DNA from: Raillietiella orientalis
Taxonomy: Eukaryota
Direction of reading: 5' to 3'
Length of the DNA: 64,000 nucleotides
NCBI GenBank assembly: GCA_036172245.1
Contig: JAYWIR010000019.1
Span: forward strand, 558,001-622,000
Each line of letters begins with the position of its first letter. The stretch's first letter is position 1. The translations under genes and the position numbers were made by a program. This document shows, piece by piece, positions 42,201 through 56,839 of the stretch. The notes beneath the pieces are model-generated. The model saw nothing but the letters and a program-made list of their open reading frames with translations, did not search any database and was not told the origin of the DNA.

Positions 42201-42918
42201 CGAGAACTTCGAGGAACGCCAGTCCCTTCGTCTCTCCTCATTCCGTACGCACCCTTTTGACCAAGGGTGAATCTGCCGTCCTGCAGGAGGGGGGAGGGAG
42301 GGAGGGTAATGAACCCATTTGAGATGACCTAGGTGTGACCTGGAAGGAAGACGGGGACTGGTAGTCACAGCTCACGCGGGTGACCTCATCCGAGACCGCG
42401 TCGGCATCCCCTCCGGTCCTGCTTCGTTGCCCCGGAAACGCCCCCGAAATACTCGCGTCGGCAACCGCGGTCCTTGTCGCCTGGCTTTCTTCTCCCTCCC
42501 GAACTGCAGTCGTGATGTCTTCCCCCCGCTACCGCCCTCGCCATTCGGCCCAGCAGCTTCCTCGAACCGCTGCCGCACGACGAGAGCGTTTGCAGGAAAC
42601 GTGTGACCTCGGGAGCTGACCAAGGCGATGCGATCCCTCCCGGGAGGGCAATCACCTTCCTTCCTCCTTCTTCCTCCTCCTCCCTTTTATTGCACCTCCC
42701 GCAGCGACGTCTGCCGCTCCCGGAATGCGAAGGAGGGGAGGAGACGCGACCGGGAACTTCGCGCCATCTTCTTCCCTGCCCCCCCTCGCCGGTGGCGCGC
42801 GCTCCTGGCACGCAGGGACGGGCAGGGTGCGGCAAGGGACGTGGGCAGGCCACGGGGGCGCTGAGGATCCGCGAGGAGGGAGGAAGCTGGCCTGGACGTT
42901 TCCGGGAAGGGGGCGAGG

Positions 42919-45900
42919 TCAGGTTAGGGAGTCTGAACGCAGCCACTGGGCCGGCACCCACTGAGGCTCGCGCTCCAGAAGGTTGACCTCGTGGACCAGC
43001 TGCTGGTACACTTTCTCCACGTCCATGTTGACCAGCGTCAGGTCGAAGTAGTGGCCGTAGCGTTCCTCGATCTCGCGGGCCTTCTCGATCACGTGCTTCA
43101 GTTCGTCGTCCTGGAAACGGAAAAGGACAGGTGGCTGAGTCCCTTCTTCCCTCAGCACCTGCGCCCCGCTCCATCCATCCCCAGTCCTCTTCCCTGCCCT
43201 GTGACAACACCCCCTTCGGCCCTCCTCGAACCCTACCCCATCCCGCTTGTGGCGCGCGCGCACCTTGACGTGGGCACCCATGCGGGCGCGATTGCGCCGC
43301 ATGACCTCGAGGTTGGGCGGGCAGACGAAGACGACGAACGGCTTGAGGTCGGACGTGCGTAGAGAACGCAGCGACTGGGGGTGGAGGTTGAGGACGCAGA
43401 CGCGTCCGGAGGCGACGACGGCGCGGATGGCGTCCAGGCTGGTGCCGTAGTGGGCGCGCTCGTACTCGCCGTGCTCGACGAAGCGCCGGGCGCGGATGTC
43501 AGCCTCGAACTGCGCCCTGCTGGAGAAGTGGTAGTCCTGCCCATCGGTCTCGCCCTCGCGGCGAGGGCGGCTGGTGTGGGGCACGGCGGCGGCGAAGCGG
43601 GCCGGGTCGCGCTCCATCAGCTTCTGCCGGAGCTCGTGCCGGCCGACGTTGGGCGGGCCGATGAGCACCACCGGGCGCCGGTGGTGCGTGCGCGGGTAAT
43701 ACAGCGCCACCTCCTCGTAGGCGGGCGCCTCCTCCTCCGCCGCCCCGGCGCCGCCACCGCCGCCGTCGTCTTGGGCGACCTTGCGGCCCTTCTTCCTACG
43801 GCGCCGTCGGCGGCGACACACACACAGCAGACGGCCTGAACGCTGTCGGTCGTGGCGCTCCTTGCCGCCGCCGCTACCGCCACCGCCGCCTGCGGCGGCG
43901 TCCTCGAAGACGGCCTGCTTCGCGGCCTCCCTCCTGGAGAGAGGCGCCGTTGTAGGGAGGGGGAAGCGAGCGCCCGACTCCCACCCCTGCCCGTCCCCCT
44001 CCTCACTGGAGCTGGAAGCTCATGCTGGGGATGAGCCCCGCGAGCGACTGGTCCTCCTCGCCTTCCCGGTACGCCTGCCACCAGTTGGGATCGTCCTGGT
44101 TGATCACGTGCAGGATGTCCCCCTTCTGGAAGCTGATGCCCAGCTCGCGGCAAGGGATGAACAGGTCCTCCTCGGGGTCGTAGTCGAAGTGGGCCTTCAC
44201 GTGCATCTGGGAAAGGGGGTCGCCGTCCGTCGCCGCCGCCTGTCCCCGCTCACCACGCCGTCGCGCTGGTTGGGCCGCACGTGCGCGCTGGGGACCACCA
44301 GGAAGACGAGCGTCCCGCTCATCCTGGACAGGATATCACAGATCTCGTTGACGTTCTTCCCGCGCAGCTCCGTCCCGTTGACCTCCAGCAGCTCGTCACC
44401 CTCGTGCAGCAGCCCGCTCTTCTCGGCTATGCCGCCGCGGATGACGCGCCCGATGATCACTGCCTTGCCCTCGTTCAGGATGGTAGCGCCCTGGCGGAAG
44501 TCGGCGTGAGGGGGAAAAGGAGGAGGAGGAGGGGCGTCGACCCCCTCCCGCGCACCGGACGCGGCGCGACCTTCTCACCAAGGGATCGTTGGTCTTCTCC
44601 ACCTTCACCACCTTGATCTTGTCTTCGGCGTACTGGTGCACCCTGGACAGCACCTCCTCATCCGTCTTCGGGATCCCCAGGTGCAGCGCCAGCCGGTCGT
44701 GGACCTGCAGCAGCTCCTGCACGTCGTACGAGTTCAGGATGTCGATCAGCTCGATGGCGTCGGGCACGGTACTCTGCTGAAGCACCCCCAGGCACTGCAA
44801 CGGCAATACGACGCGCGTGTCAATCAACCACTATGAGCGGCGGCAGTGCGGAGTAGGAGGAAGATGAGAGGAAGAAAGGAAGAGGAAGTAAGAGCAAGAT
44901 GGGCGGAAGAGGATGAGGAAGGGAAAAGTGAGGAGGAAGGGGAAGACGATGAGGCGGAGGTGGAGGGAGTGAGTGGATGGCAGGCAGGCAGGCGCTTCTG
45001 ACCCCGGAAGAGGCTGCGGGTCTTCCGGGCGGGCACGCAGAAGCAGGACAAAGGTCTTCCTGCTTCCGGTCGCAGCGGGAGCGCTGCCGGGGCAGGCGCT
45101 ACAGCCAGCCGCAGTAGAAGGAAAAGAAAGGACGCCCTGCCTCCGAGAAGACGACTACCTCATGACGGGAAAAAGAACAGGGAAAGTGGACGGAGAGGGG
45201 AAAGTCCTCTCTTGGCCGAGTACACGCGGCGGGACCCGCGCCGGGTCATCCCACCTCTTGCGCCGTATCCTGGCACGCCGTGGACACCGGTACCATGCTC
45301 TTCGCCTGCCAGCACTCCTGGATCTTGTTGTAGACGCCCACTACCCTAGCGAACTCGGGTCTCCTCAGCAACGCCTCGACCGGAGCTAACTTGCAGCACC
45401 CCTTCAGGGAGGGTGTGCTGGCGACCCTGGCCAGCAGATCTCCGAGCTGGCTCACGTCTGGAATAGAGCGTGAAAGGGTGGAGAGGAGCCTCTGCGGACG
45501 AGGCGGGACACCGGGCTTACCAACCACCTGCCGCAGGGTCACTGAGGGCACCTCCTCTTCTTCCAGGGAGAATCCTGTGTTTTCCACTCCGGCCTTGGAC
45601 TCTTCCAGCGCCTTGAGCCTCTGGGACTCGCGGATGGATTCACGGAGCATCATCTCTTCCTTGTGCCTCGCGGCGCGCTGCAGCTCTTCCTTATGGATGT
45701 CCTCCTGGAAAGCCCACAGGCGGTGAGCGACGGGTGCGCGCGGTGAAGGTACCGAAGGGCAAAAGCAGAAGCAGCAGCGGTGGCGACAACCACGAAGATG
45801 CTCCCGCGCAAGGGAACGCCCACCTCGAAGACGAACCGGACGAGACGCAACGTCCGGTGACCCGGACGCGACACGCCGACCCCGGAAACCCTGGGAAGGA

Positions 45901-48900
45901 CGCAAGGACCACCCTCTGATGTGGTCCCGCGCTCGCGCAGAGGGGCGCGACCGAAGGGCGCGGCGTCCCGTCCCGTCCGCAAGCTCGTGCTCGTCCTTCC
46001 TGGCCTGTGTCGGAGACTGGCAACCCTGACAACCAGGAGTCCCTGCTTGCTGCTCCCCTTCCGACAAGATCGCCGCCCACCACCCACGAAAACGGTGACG
46101 CAACCGCAGTGCAGGACGCCGGAGGCTCTGCGAGATAATCAGCACCGCAGCATCACGAAGATAAAAGCGTTCTATCCTCGCGCCTCCTGGTGACCCTCCA
46201 CCGTGCTGCAGGGGGGGAGCAAGGCGCGGGAGGAGAAGGGGAACGTCCACAGCCCTCGGAGAGTCCAGGGAACGAAGGTGCCACGCCTGGGACTGCAGCC
46301 GGCGGGCTGAGGGACCGGCACGCACCCTCAGGGAGAACCCTCAAAGCCAGGCGCTCCCCAGGGGCGCGAGCGGTCCGTCGACGCGGCCAAGCGGCGGCCG
46401 CCTCCCAAGCAAGCAGCTGACGCAGCAGCAGCGACCTCAGCCACAGCCACAGCAGCAGCGCGGGGGTAGAGCTGCGAGAGGGGACGACGTTGGCACTCGC
46501 TAGCTGTCCCCCCAGGGTAGCGCCAGGGTTTTTTCCCCTTCCTGACGCGACCCCGAAGCGTTCCCGCAAGCGGTTCCGCAGGACAGCAAATTGTCTACCG
46601 AGGGGGCGTGTCCTTGGAGCTCTTCCACGGGGAAGGGGAGGGAGCCTGATGGGAACTGGGAAACCTGCCGGGGAAGGGAGGAGGGAAGAGGAAGTGGATC
46701 TCGCCAACCCGGAAGGTTTCGTTGGCTGCGTCGCACGATTGAGCGACGAGAAAGAAAGGTGGACTCGAGGGTGGAGGGAGGGGCAGGGCGACTGTGGCCC
46801 GGCAGCCACTGTAGCCTCGCCGCTCCGGTCGGGGGTAGCACGTACTTCTCGTTCCTCACAAGTCGGTCTGGTCCGCCTGGACCTAGGGTCGCTGGGGCGG
46901 GAGGGCAAGGGCGGAGGGGGCCCACCTCGATCTTGCACTGTCGCACGCACAGCCGCACGGTCCTGCTTCTCGCTTCCACGTGGCTCGCACGCCTCCGTGA
47001 CGCGACCACACAGCCTCCAAGCGCCCCCATTCGCCGCCGAGCTTATTAGCGGCGCGCGAGCACCCTCGGGGCGTTGCCTTTGACAGCGCGCCAGGCCGCC
47101 GCCGCCGCAATCGCCCGCGGCGACCCTCCCTCTTTCCCGGTGGGTCCTCCTGGGCCCGCTTCTTCGAGTGAAGGGCGTGGGTGGGTGGACTACGCGAGGC
47201 AGCGTCCCCCGCAGCGCGCGATTCCCCTCTGCCGTCGCACCGGAGCAGCCTTCGGTTCGTCTTCCCGCCGCCCTGGGGCACTGCTCGGATTCTGGCCCAC
47301 AGACGCCCGACCGGACTCAAGAACGGCACCTGGGACCCGGGACGGCGACGTGGCGCTCGGGTGACCGCTGCACGACCTCCGCTCCCCTGCCTCCTCTCCT
47401 CAGGAGGACTCCGGATCCTCAGATCATTTCGCCCGCCGCCCGCGCCCGAGCGCCAGTCGGCTTCTTCTATCCCGCCGCTCGGGTAGCCACATTTCCGCAC
47501 CAGGGCGCGACCCGAAATGGGCCGCCGGCGGATTCTTCCTGCCACGACTCCCAAAGGGTCACGCGCGCACGCGAGTGAGGAAAGGCCGTGAATGTTGTAA
47601 GCAGGAGGAGGAAGTCGCCGGAACCACCTTATCCGGTCCAAAAAAGCTTCCCTCCACTACCCTCCGTCCTGAAATTCGGCTCCCCGCAAACACACGTGGC
47701 TCGCCGCGGGATTCTTCCTTCGCTCTTCGCGACGGCTTTCCGATAAGGAAGAGGCAGGAGGGGGAGAGGAAAGCAGGAGGAGGAGAGGATGGATTCATCA
47801 CCATAAGGAGGATCGTGCGGTTGCTGAGGCAGCTTGGCGATCCAGAGCCAGATTTGTTTCAACATCAACAGCGGTCGGAGGGGAAAAAGATGTGGCATCC
47901 CTGGACAGAAACTGAGAGCGCGGGAAAGCTCGCAGCTCGAGCTTTCTGACTGTTGAAGAGGGCTGACGTTTCTTCAATAATGGAGAGATAGCTCCGCAAC
48001 AATGAAGATCGTCGAGCCTCGTAACAATGAAGACTTTGCGAGTTCCCCCCCCCCCTCCCCTCTTCTCTCCAGAGCTGATGGGATGGAGGGAAATCTGGGG
48101 CTGCAAGGGAGGTAATCAGTGGCAACCGGTCGCGCGCTGTCGAGGTGGGGGGAAGGGGGGACGGCAAAGTGGCTGGAGAGGGCACCGTCGCCGTTCGCTT
48201 CGCCTTTCCTTCTTTACCACTCCTCCGCAAATACGAGAAAAGGGGCGTCCGTTCTTCCTGGGCTCCCACTGACGGAAAGGGGCAGCGCGTTCCACGGCAC
48301 GCGATGAGAGCTCGCTAAGGAAGCCGCCGCTGTGCTTCCCGTGTGCCGCAGCGCCGCGCAGAGGGCGGCGGGGGGCCCTTTCCCGCGGCAGCTTCCGCGC
48401 ACCGTTCCAGTGGTGCACCCGCCGCCGCTCACTCTGGTAAGTTCACCACAAGAGAGGGAGAGGGGCGGGAGTCACCCCCGCGCGCCAAACATCCGCCGAT
48501 GACAGTCGCCCCTGAGACGTTCGCTTGGATCGTTGGTAGCTAATGGGGGGGGGGGGGGACCTTCGTCACGACCGGAGAAAGGTGGTGACGAGGTACGGGA
48601 AGGTGGAGGGGGCGAAATGATCCAAAGTTCTCCCTATCCTACGGGAGACGAACTCCGCGAGGGTGTCAAACGGAGGCGGACCTCTTCCTCCCGGTTGCCC
48701 GGGGGGAAGGGTTATATCTGCCCCTATCGATTGCCAGCAGTCGAGATGAAACATCCGCAAAAAAATAAATAAACAAAAAAGGAAAAATAAATAAATAAAA
48801 AAAAGGCAAGAGCAGCCAGCGTGGGCAACAAAAAAATCCCTGAGTGTCCCAAACTGTTCAGACACCCACCCACCCACCCCATGTAGGGAAGAGAGATTTT

Positions 48901-51900
48901 TTTTTTTTTTTTCGTTCTCTGACCGCAGTTTCCGGAGGTCCGTGGGGGAGACGCCACCCGCTCCTTGATGTTCCCCCCTCCCCATCCGCGCCGCGTACGA
49001 AATCAAAGGGAAGCGGACGCAGAGCGCGGGTTGCAGTGGTCGCCGCCCTCGATCCGTATCGCGCGCGTCCGTCCGTACGGCGCGAGACGTCCGTAGGATG
49101 CACCCGGAGGGAGTTCGCGCGCACCCTCGTGCGCCCGAGGGCCCTCAAGGGACCGAAAGCCGCCGCAGTCTTCCTGTCCGCGGGGAAAGTTCAGATCGGA
49201 TGATAGCGCGAGAGGGGGGGAGGGGAAGAAGGCGGTACGGTGGCTGCGAACGACCCCTCCCGCAAGCTCTCGGTGGAACCGGCGGGCGGCGCCAGCGGCG
49301 TTCCGGGTGGGTGGTACTGCGAGGCCGGAGAGAACATGCGCGCGGGAGAGAGAGGTCGCTCGCTTGTTCGCTGAGAGTCGACACGAGCGATGACGTCACC
49401 CGCGTTCCGTCCACCCGCCCTCCCGACCCGCACGGGCCGTCGGCGCCGCGGAGTCTTCGTCGGTCACGTGACCGGCGGCGAGCCCGACTTTCGCGCGCGC
49501 ACGTACCGCCGTGGTCGCGGCCGATTTGACCTCGCGCAAAGGCAAGCGTGGAGGAGGGAGAGGGGAAAGGCAGAGAGCACCTCCGAAACAGAAAAGGCAA
49601 AAACAAAAACAAACAGGGAAAGAAAAAAAAACAACGCTTGCCACCTGTCCTTCGAAACGACGGGCGCTTGCTGATGCAGCGGTGCGGTGCCAGAGGACAT
49701 GCCCGACTCAGGAAGCGAGGCGGCTGCACGCGCATTCCCCACCGCCTCGTGGGGTGGGGACGCACCCGGGACGAACGATGCTCGACTTGGGGTGGCGGAC
49801 GGGAGACGCTGCTTAGCAACAGAGCAAAATGCTGCAGCAAGAGGTCTGCCGGCGCCTCTCCCCCCCCCCCTCCCGAGAAGGGATGCGCCCCCTTCCCCTT
49901 GGAGTTCCGGGTCCGGGAGCATCCTGCGCGCCTGTCCTCCCGGTCCACCGTAGCATCTAGGAAAGGGGGAGAGGGGAAAGAAAAAACACAGCGAGAGAGG
50001 GGGCGCGTGGCAATTCTGCTTTCATCACGCCGTCTTCCGGGAGAAGCGGGGCGGTTACCTGGGATTCGAAGAGGGAAAATGGGAAGCGGAGGAAGCGCTT
50101 TCTCGCTGTCTTCTCCCCTCCTCCCCCCCCCCCCGCAGACGAGCACGAGGGACCGGAAGTGACGAAGCGCTCCGCGTGGCGGCGGCGGACGCAACGACCG
50201 CTTCCGCTCGCCCAAGAGAGCGCGCGGAGACGCTGCGCGCACCGGCCGGCCGGCGGGCCTCCTCCTCCCCTTCGCCCCCCTTCCCCGCGCGAGCGCAAGG
50301 AAGTCAGGTGGCTAAATGTGTCGGCTCCCTCGTCCGCTCCGGTGCGCGGCCGGAACGGTTGCCAAGGCTGCGGGTACCCCGTCCCTCTCGCCCGTCCTTT
50401 CGCTTACCTGGTACCGGCGGATGACCTCCGGATCGACGTCGTTGTCCACCTCTCGGACGGTCGGGAGGACCTTGACGCCTCCGGCGTTCGCCAGCTTCTT
50501 TTCCATGTCCTTCCTCTTGGGGAGGTCCGCATCCTCGCGGGCACCGGCCGCCTTGCCACTTTCGTTCGCTCTCGCCACCACCACGACACCGTTCTGGGCG
50601 GTTTTCTGCTCGGCGGCGGCAGCAGGGGCGGGCGGGGGCGCGCCCTGGGGCAACTTGGGAGGAGGGTAGCGCGGGGGAGTCTTGGTCCGCGCGACGAACG
50701 AGTCCGGCACGTCCACGGCCATCTCCCGGTGCGGCGGCGGCGGCTTGCCGCCATCCGGGAAAAGAGCCCCGCGGGCGTGTTCCTCGAAGGGGTCAAACGC
50801 GCGGTTCTCCTCGCACTTCATCATGCGCATCCTGAGCAGCTGCTCCGACTTGGAGGAGACCTCCGCGGACGGATGATCCCGGTGCCTGAAACGAGGCTAT
50901 CAAATGTGCTGGTCCAGGACAACGATGACAATCAGAAAAAGATTCTTCCTCTCCCTCTCTTTCTCTCTTTTCTTTTTAAATTTCACACTTTGAATTTTTT
51001 TTTTTTTTTTTTTAAAAAAAGGAAAAAAGAACACCCACACACATCGCCTGCACCAAAAAATCTGATAGAATGCAACAGGTGGGTCTGACCTGCAACAGCA
51101 AACTAAAAACATCTTCGTCGGAAATGATTGGAAGATGACAATTCGGATGTCACCGTCAGCATACACAATTTTTTTTTTTTTTTTGTGTGTGTGTGTTTTC
51201 TGGCAGCTCGCAGCTCACCCGAACCACACGATCTCTCTCTATTTTTTTTTTTTTTTTTTTTTGTGGCCAAACCCCGGCGGACCTGCGACCCCGTTATGTA
51301 CCTGGCTGGGACAGCGCTCGAGTTTATCTCCCTTTCTGGAGATTTTAAACAAATTTCGGGCAATTGGGTCTTGGCCGGGTTTTCTTTGCTTTCGCCACGG
51401 GACTCATTCTGGCCGTCCCTACTGGGGAGGTAACAGTCCAAGGGTCCGTTCGCGAAGGACGGGAGAGGCTGCTGCTGCTGTTCACTGGAGGCAGCGGGCT
51501 GCTGCTGGTGTTCCTTTGCGGGCGCAGGGACCACCACACTTTGACTCCCGCAGAGTTCCGGGACGGATATGTTGTACACAGGATTCGACTCCAAGAGACC
51601 GCTCAATTCAGGATCATCGCTACCTAAAAACTAAAATGTTTATTCGGTGCGATTGCACCCTATCTCTAAAAAAATGCCAAACAAACAAAAAAAAAAAAAC
51701 GATCAAATAATGCGCTCTCCTACGACTACATTTGCAAAAGAATGCCTTTTGAAGTCATTCTGCGTTAAGTCTAAACAAGAAACTGAAGTGTAAGCTTCCC
51801 GTAAACAAACGAAAACGCGAATGGAGATAATAAACATGGGAACACTGAAGCAACATGGAATCAAGCCCCTCCCTCCCCTCCCTCAAAAAACAAAAAAAAA

Positions 51901-54900
51901 TTCATCATGATGCAAGAAGAAGAAGAAGAAGAAAAAAAAAAAAAAAGAAGGAAAAAAAAAAAAAAAAGGAATGAGCATATACTTGTTGGGATAACTTGGT
52001 CATGTCCACCGGCTTTATTTTTTTCAGGGCGGACAGTTTCTCCAACCGATCTTTCGCTTGCTGTTCCACTGCGATGACGAAAGCATCCTGCACGTTATTT
52101 TCCTGTGCTAAATCAAGGGCTGAAAAATGCAAAGACAGGGCAGAAGTTAACACTCGTGTTGCTGCTCCTGCGAACACGCCTGGCCGAACACCGCCGCCAC
52201 CCGCTCGCTCCCCCGCGGCACGGAAACACCTCGGCGGCCCCGAAAGACGGGATAACAGGTCGGTCCGAGCAAATCGCGGGATATGCGGAGGGATTTTTCT
52301 ATTCTGCCCCGGCTAGCCCGTCAGAGATGCACTCGGGAACGCTCTCGGAATTTCAAGCGAACTCAAAAAATCTAGTTACGAATACCTTGGTGACTTGCCG
52401 CATGCTTAGAGGCGCCGGTAGCTACGAAATGCTGCAAAACAAAGCTCCATTCTGCACACTTTGCGGCAGTGCGAACGATTTGAGTACACTGCTACTGATA
52501 ACCTACGGAAATTGTAACCAGTGCACCCAAAAAAAAATTTACATCCATCATTCACAACTCACTACCTGGCAACACTTGCACCGCTTGTTCATGATACTCA
52601 CAAAACGAATGCATTCCTGAGTGGACGAATCCATTACACCTATAGTAGGGTAGCTTTCTATTGACTTTTATGGCATTATCATAAAGATAATCGGCGAACG
52701 CACAAAAACACGCTTGATCTAAAAAAAAAAGTTCGAGAAAACGTTACGAAATGTTTTCAAAAGCTTCTCTGCTGCAAACGGAAAAAACTTGAAAAACTGA
52801 AGAAGAATTTTTAATAGGAGGAGGTGCAAACATTTCCGAGTTTAGCACTGGCACACACTGTTTCTAAAGCGGCAGCATTCCATTATGGAGGACGGAACGA
52901 ATTGCGAAATAACGTGAGTAACAGGTGAAAAAATCGAATGTGTGTTTTCTTTTTCTTTTTTTCCTTCTCCTTCCTTCCTTTCTTCTTCCTCACTTTTTAG
53001 AACGTAGCCGTGAACTTAAGTGGAGTATTTATGGAAACACACACACACACACACGCACACTTTGCGAGTGGTGAAGCTCTGAGAGAGCACGTTAGTTTCC
53101 ATGACTTCCAGGCACAGTTTCACACTGTGTAAACACTTTTCGGAGCGATTAAAAGCTGCAAGCCCTAAAAAGGTACTCACTCGCGTAGCGTTCGGGGAGG
53201 CTGCGTGAAGTGCCGTCTTGTGGTCCCGCAAAGGAACAAAAAGACGAACGCAACGAGCGGTTGGCAGCTGATGCTCCTCCCGGTGATTTCGGGCAGATTA
53301 TCCGAATTTTTGCAGCAAGGAAATGTTTTTTTTTTTTTTTTCGATTTTCGAGGGCAAAAATTGCATCCGCATGTGCGTTCACGCGCTCCTTCTCGCTGCG
53401 TCCTACATTGCACAGTCACCCGTGGTTGCTCCATCTATTCTTAAGCGCCGCACTGTTGTGATGCTCGTTGTCTCCCCCCCCACCCTTTCCCTTCACCCCC
53501 CAACCCTTCCCCCGCCATTTTTTCTTGCTATCGGCAAGCGAAAACGCTGGGTGAGAACCCAGTGCTTTTTCAACTCTTCCGGAGGGGGGGAGGGGAGCAG
53601 GAAAAAACGACGCCTCTCCGAGGTGAAAGAGCGAGCAGACGCATCGCAGGGAGACGGGGGAGGGGAAGGGGGGGGGGAGAATACTCTGGCCGTTCCGCAA
53701 CGAGGGAAACCTCGACCCTGTGCAAAGAGGTCGCCGGTTCCACCCGCGGCACGGACGGGAGCGCGCGACGGCGTGGGTGGGGGTGCGCGTGAGTGAGTGG
53801 AGGGAAGGAAACCCTTGCCCCCCTTCTCTCGCTCGCTCGCTTCCCCCACCGGAGCGAGCAGGCCGCGATATCCGGCGGCGGATCGGGCAGACTGGCTGGC
53901 GGGTCTCCGTCGCCCCTGCGGCGCAGCAGACGAAGAGGGCGAGGGAGGGCGAGCATCTCCGGGGTTGACGTCGGCGCCGCCTGAGGAGGGCGCGCGTGCT
54001 CACCCGGAGGAGGAAGGGCCGAAGGGGAGGGAGGGAGGGAGGGAGGGAGGAACTTCCCACCTGACTTCTTCCCGCTCTTTCTTTTCACCCGCAGGCAGAT
54101 GGTCCTGGACTTGATGCACTGCAAAAGGAGAACCCTCGTGGGGAGAGGAGAACCGCGCGAGTCGGCGCGTACCTGATGGATGTGGGACAGCACCTCGGTG
54201 TGCGTGGAGTCCTCGAGGCACCTGCCGTTGATCTCTAGGATCTCGTCGCCGACCTCCAGGTCGGCTCGGTCTGCAGGCGAGCCTGGAAGACGCACACGGA
54301 GAAGGAGGGTCACGGCCAAGGCACGGGGAAGGTTGCGGGTAGCCCGCGGTGATGGGTGCGAGCAGAGGGGCGAAGACAGGTCATGCCGCATCAGGTGGCT
54401 GCGTCCCTACCCACCCCCGTTCCCTCTTGAGGTGGATTCACTGCCAAGGCGGGTGTGCCGCTGGAGGGGCGCTGCGAGGTTCGCATGGATCACCCCCGCC
54501 CTCGACTCCTGCCTCCGCACGGACGCCTCCTTTCAGGGACACGCTGCCCGCGAAAGGAGTGGGTCGGAATGTGGGGCGGAAGGGTTCCCTCGGGGAACTT
54601 CTCTCTGCGAACCCCCGAAATCCTCTCCTTCCCCTTCCCTACCGTTCCCTGAGAGGCAACACTCCCTTCGAAAGGGGGTTGTCCTCCGGCCTCCCTCCCT
54701 CTGGCCAAGAGGTCCTCTGGCAGGCAGTGTGTGGCCGTCGCTGGATGTTTTCCGGGTCTTTCGGGGTTTCAGCGACGTCGCTACGCTTCCTAACCGTTCC
54801 CCTCCCCGACCTCCTCCCATCGCGCCGCGTTCGCTCGCGAGGTAGGTCTCCCTGGAGACGAAGCGAGTGGCTGGAAGTCCTTGTTGGGGACGAAGAGGAA

Positions 54901-56839
54901 GGGAAAGCCGAACAAGCAGCGCCACGAGGGTTGCTGGGCCGCGCCCCTCCCCCCTTCGCCGTCTCCATCTCCACGGCATACCGCCAGGTGGCAGAGCGAC
55001 CGCTCTGCGCGGCCCTCTCCTGTCAGGCCGGAAGGGCTGAATGAATGGCCCCTTTCCTGGATGTCCCGCTCTATCCCGGGAAAATCCGTTTCCGGGATCG
55101 CCTTCCCCTTCCCGACGGGAGGGCGCACCGGGAGATGGCCCAGGCGTCCCGAACGGAAAGGGAGGGAGAAGGAGCGGACGCTTCCGGCCACATCTAACCT
55201 CGCACGCGCAAGGTCGGGAACCCGAGGTGCCCGGGAAATTTCGAGGGCGCCGCCTCCGGGAAGGGACCAGACGATCCGGAACCCCCGAGGACCACCCCGC
55301 TCCTGAGTCCCCGTCCATCCTCCCCGAAGGCATCCCACTGCCCTCCGTTCCTCTTTCCCTCCCCCTTCCCGAGCGGAATCCAAAAGGTAAGTTCTCGGGA
55401 CTCAGGCAGGCGCCGCGGTCCGGGATTTCTCTCTCCCCGATCGATAACGGGGGAGAACCGGGAATCGGGGCGCCCAGCTTCGATGGCGGTCCTTGAGGGG
55501 TTCGTCAACTCCCCGCTCTCGCGCGCCGCGGATCGGGAGGCCGCTGCCTCCGATTCGGGCGTCCCTGAGGGAGCGCAAAACTTTTCCGGAGGGGACAGCA
55601 GCGCACATCGTCCGACCGACCACGCGCGCTGCTGCTGTGGAGCGCGCGCGCCACACGTGCGGCTGTGCTTGAGCTCCCCTCCCCTCCCCCAAAGGGAGGA
55701 ACCTCCTGCCACCGCCTTTCAGCAAAAAAAAAAGGGGGGGAGAGGGGAGAAAAGAAAAGAAAAGAAGTGGAAACGCGCGGACGAGAAAGGTAGGGTCGCT
55801 AGGATACGAGCGGGAGCTTCTGAGTGAAGGGCGAAGAGGCAGCCACCCTCAGTGCCTGATCCTCTCCGGAGAAAGCCACGCGGAAGTCGCCCCCTCACGG
55901 TTGCCGTGCGCAGGGTACGAAAGGAGACGTTCGCGAGCGCCAAGCGAGGAAAGCGCCGCGGCGAGAAGCCGTAGAGCTGCGCCCCCCACGGAGGGAGGGA
56001 GGATTCATTCCCGAGAGCATCCTCGGGCCGGCCAGCAGACTTCCCGAATGCGAACGCCAGCACTGGGCCGTTTGCTTCGGGAACCCGCGGCTCGAGCCAG
56101 TCAATGTCGACGGGTTCCATGGGTTACGCGGTGCACTGAAGACTCTCGCGTGGTACGGTTGCCATGACGTCGGCAGATGCAATTATCACAAGCTGCCGGC
56201 CGCACGCATCGAGGGAGCTCCCCGCTTCCTGGTAATAACGTCATGAGCGTACTAAAGAGCAATCTGCAGATGCACATTTATCGGCTGACACAAGCTGAGT
56301 GCACTTTCTGCTTTAAATGGCTCTCCTCGCAACACTGGGAAGGGCGCATCCGAGGTCGATCGTCGCGGAGAAAGCGCAGGCTTTGGATGGAAAGCATCCC
56401 CAAAGCTTCTCTCAAAACGCGCTTTGTAGGCAACTTTGCACAAGGCAAGGCGTGCCCCCCTTCCCTCCCCCGGAACACAGGGGAAGATCCATGTTCTTGC
56501 TTCCGAACCCCGCCATCAGCCCGGTAGTTCACCGTGAAGTGACTTCACGAGAGTTCACAAACTGCGGCACAGGGGGAAGAGACGGGGAAAGGCAATGCCG
56601 TCGACAGCTTCCAGCGGTCTGCTCTGGGATGTTACCCACTCCCAACCGCTCCCTCCTCCTTTTCTCCACGATCTCGTTTCCGGCTCCCGGAAGCGCTCCG
56701 GGGATCAGGTGGTAAGGAGGAGAGAGCGGAAGTCCGTTACTGGACTGGAACACAGCCGGACGGCAAGCTTACCATACAGCTTGATCTTCTTGTCGGTGGT
56801 CTCCACCAGAATGATGACGTATCCTCCCAGATCGATCAT
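42919..56839 (-). CDS. sdt: Stardust / PALS1 / MPP5 MAGUK (PDZ-like - ECR1 - L27 x2 - PDZ - SH3 - HOOK - GUK), about 13 exons, about 1026 aa
   Basis: Exons 56773-56839 ([13 protein letters not shown]), 54173-54282, 54061-54118, 51983-52119 ([13 protein letters not shown]), 51302-51630, 50408-50885 (ECR1 [12 protein letters not shown]), 45521-45704, 45255-45457, 44579-44794, 44254-44490 (PDZ), 44007-44206 (SH3 AHFDYDP..PNWWQA), 43264-43933 ([15 protein letters not shown]), 42919-43110 (EPQWVPAQW). The frame is open upstream to an acceptor at 56886, so the true start may lie further 5'; the 51630 acceptor choice is inferred from phase. Confidence 0.93.
54560..54720 (+). repeat. Possible degenerate copy of the hairpin-array repeat in a stardust intron
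   Basis: ttccctgagaggcaacactcccttcgaaagggggttgtcctcc resembles the unit ctctccggagggacaccccctgggaggggggtggtcctctcc of the 60230-60859 element; also gaacccccgaa. Confidence 0.35.
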
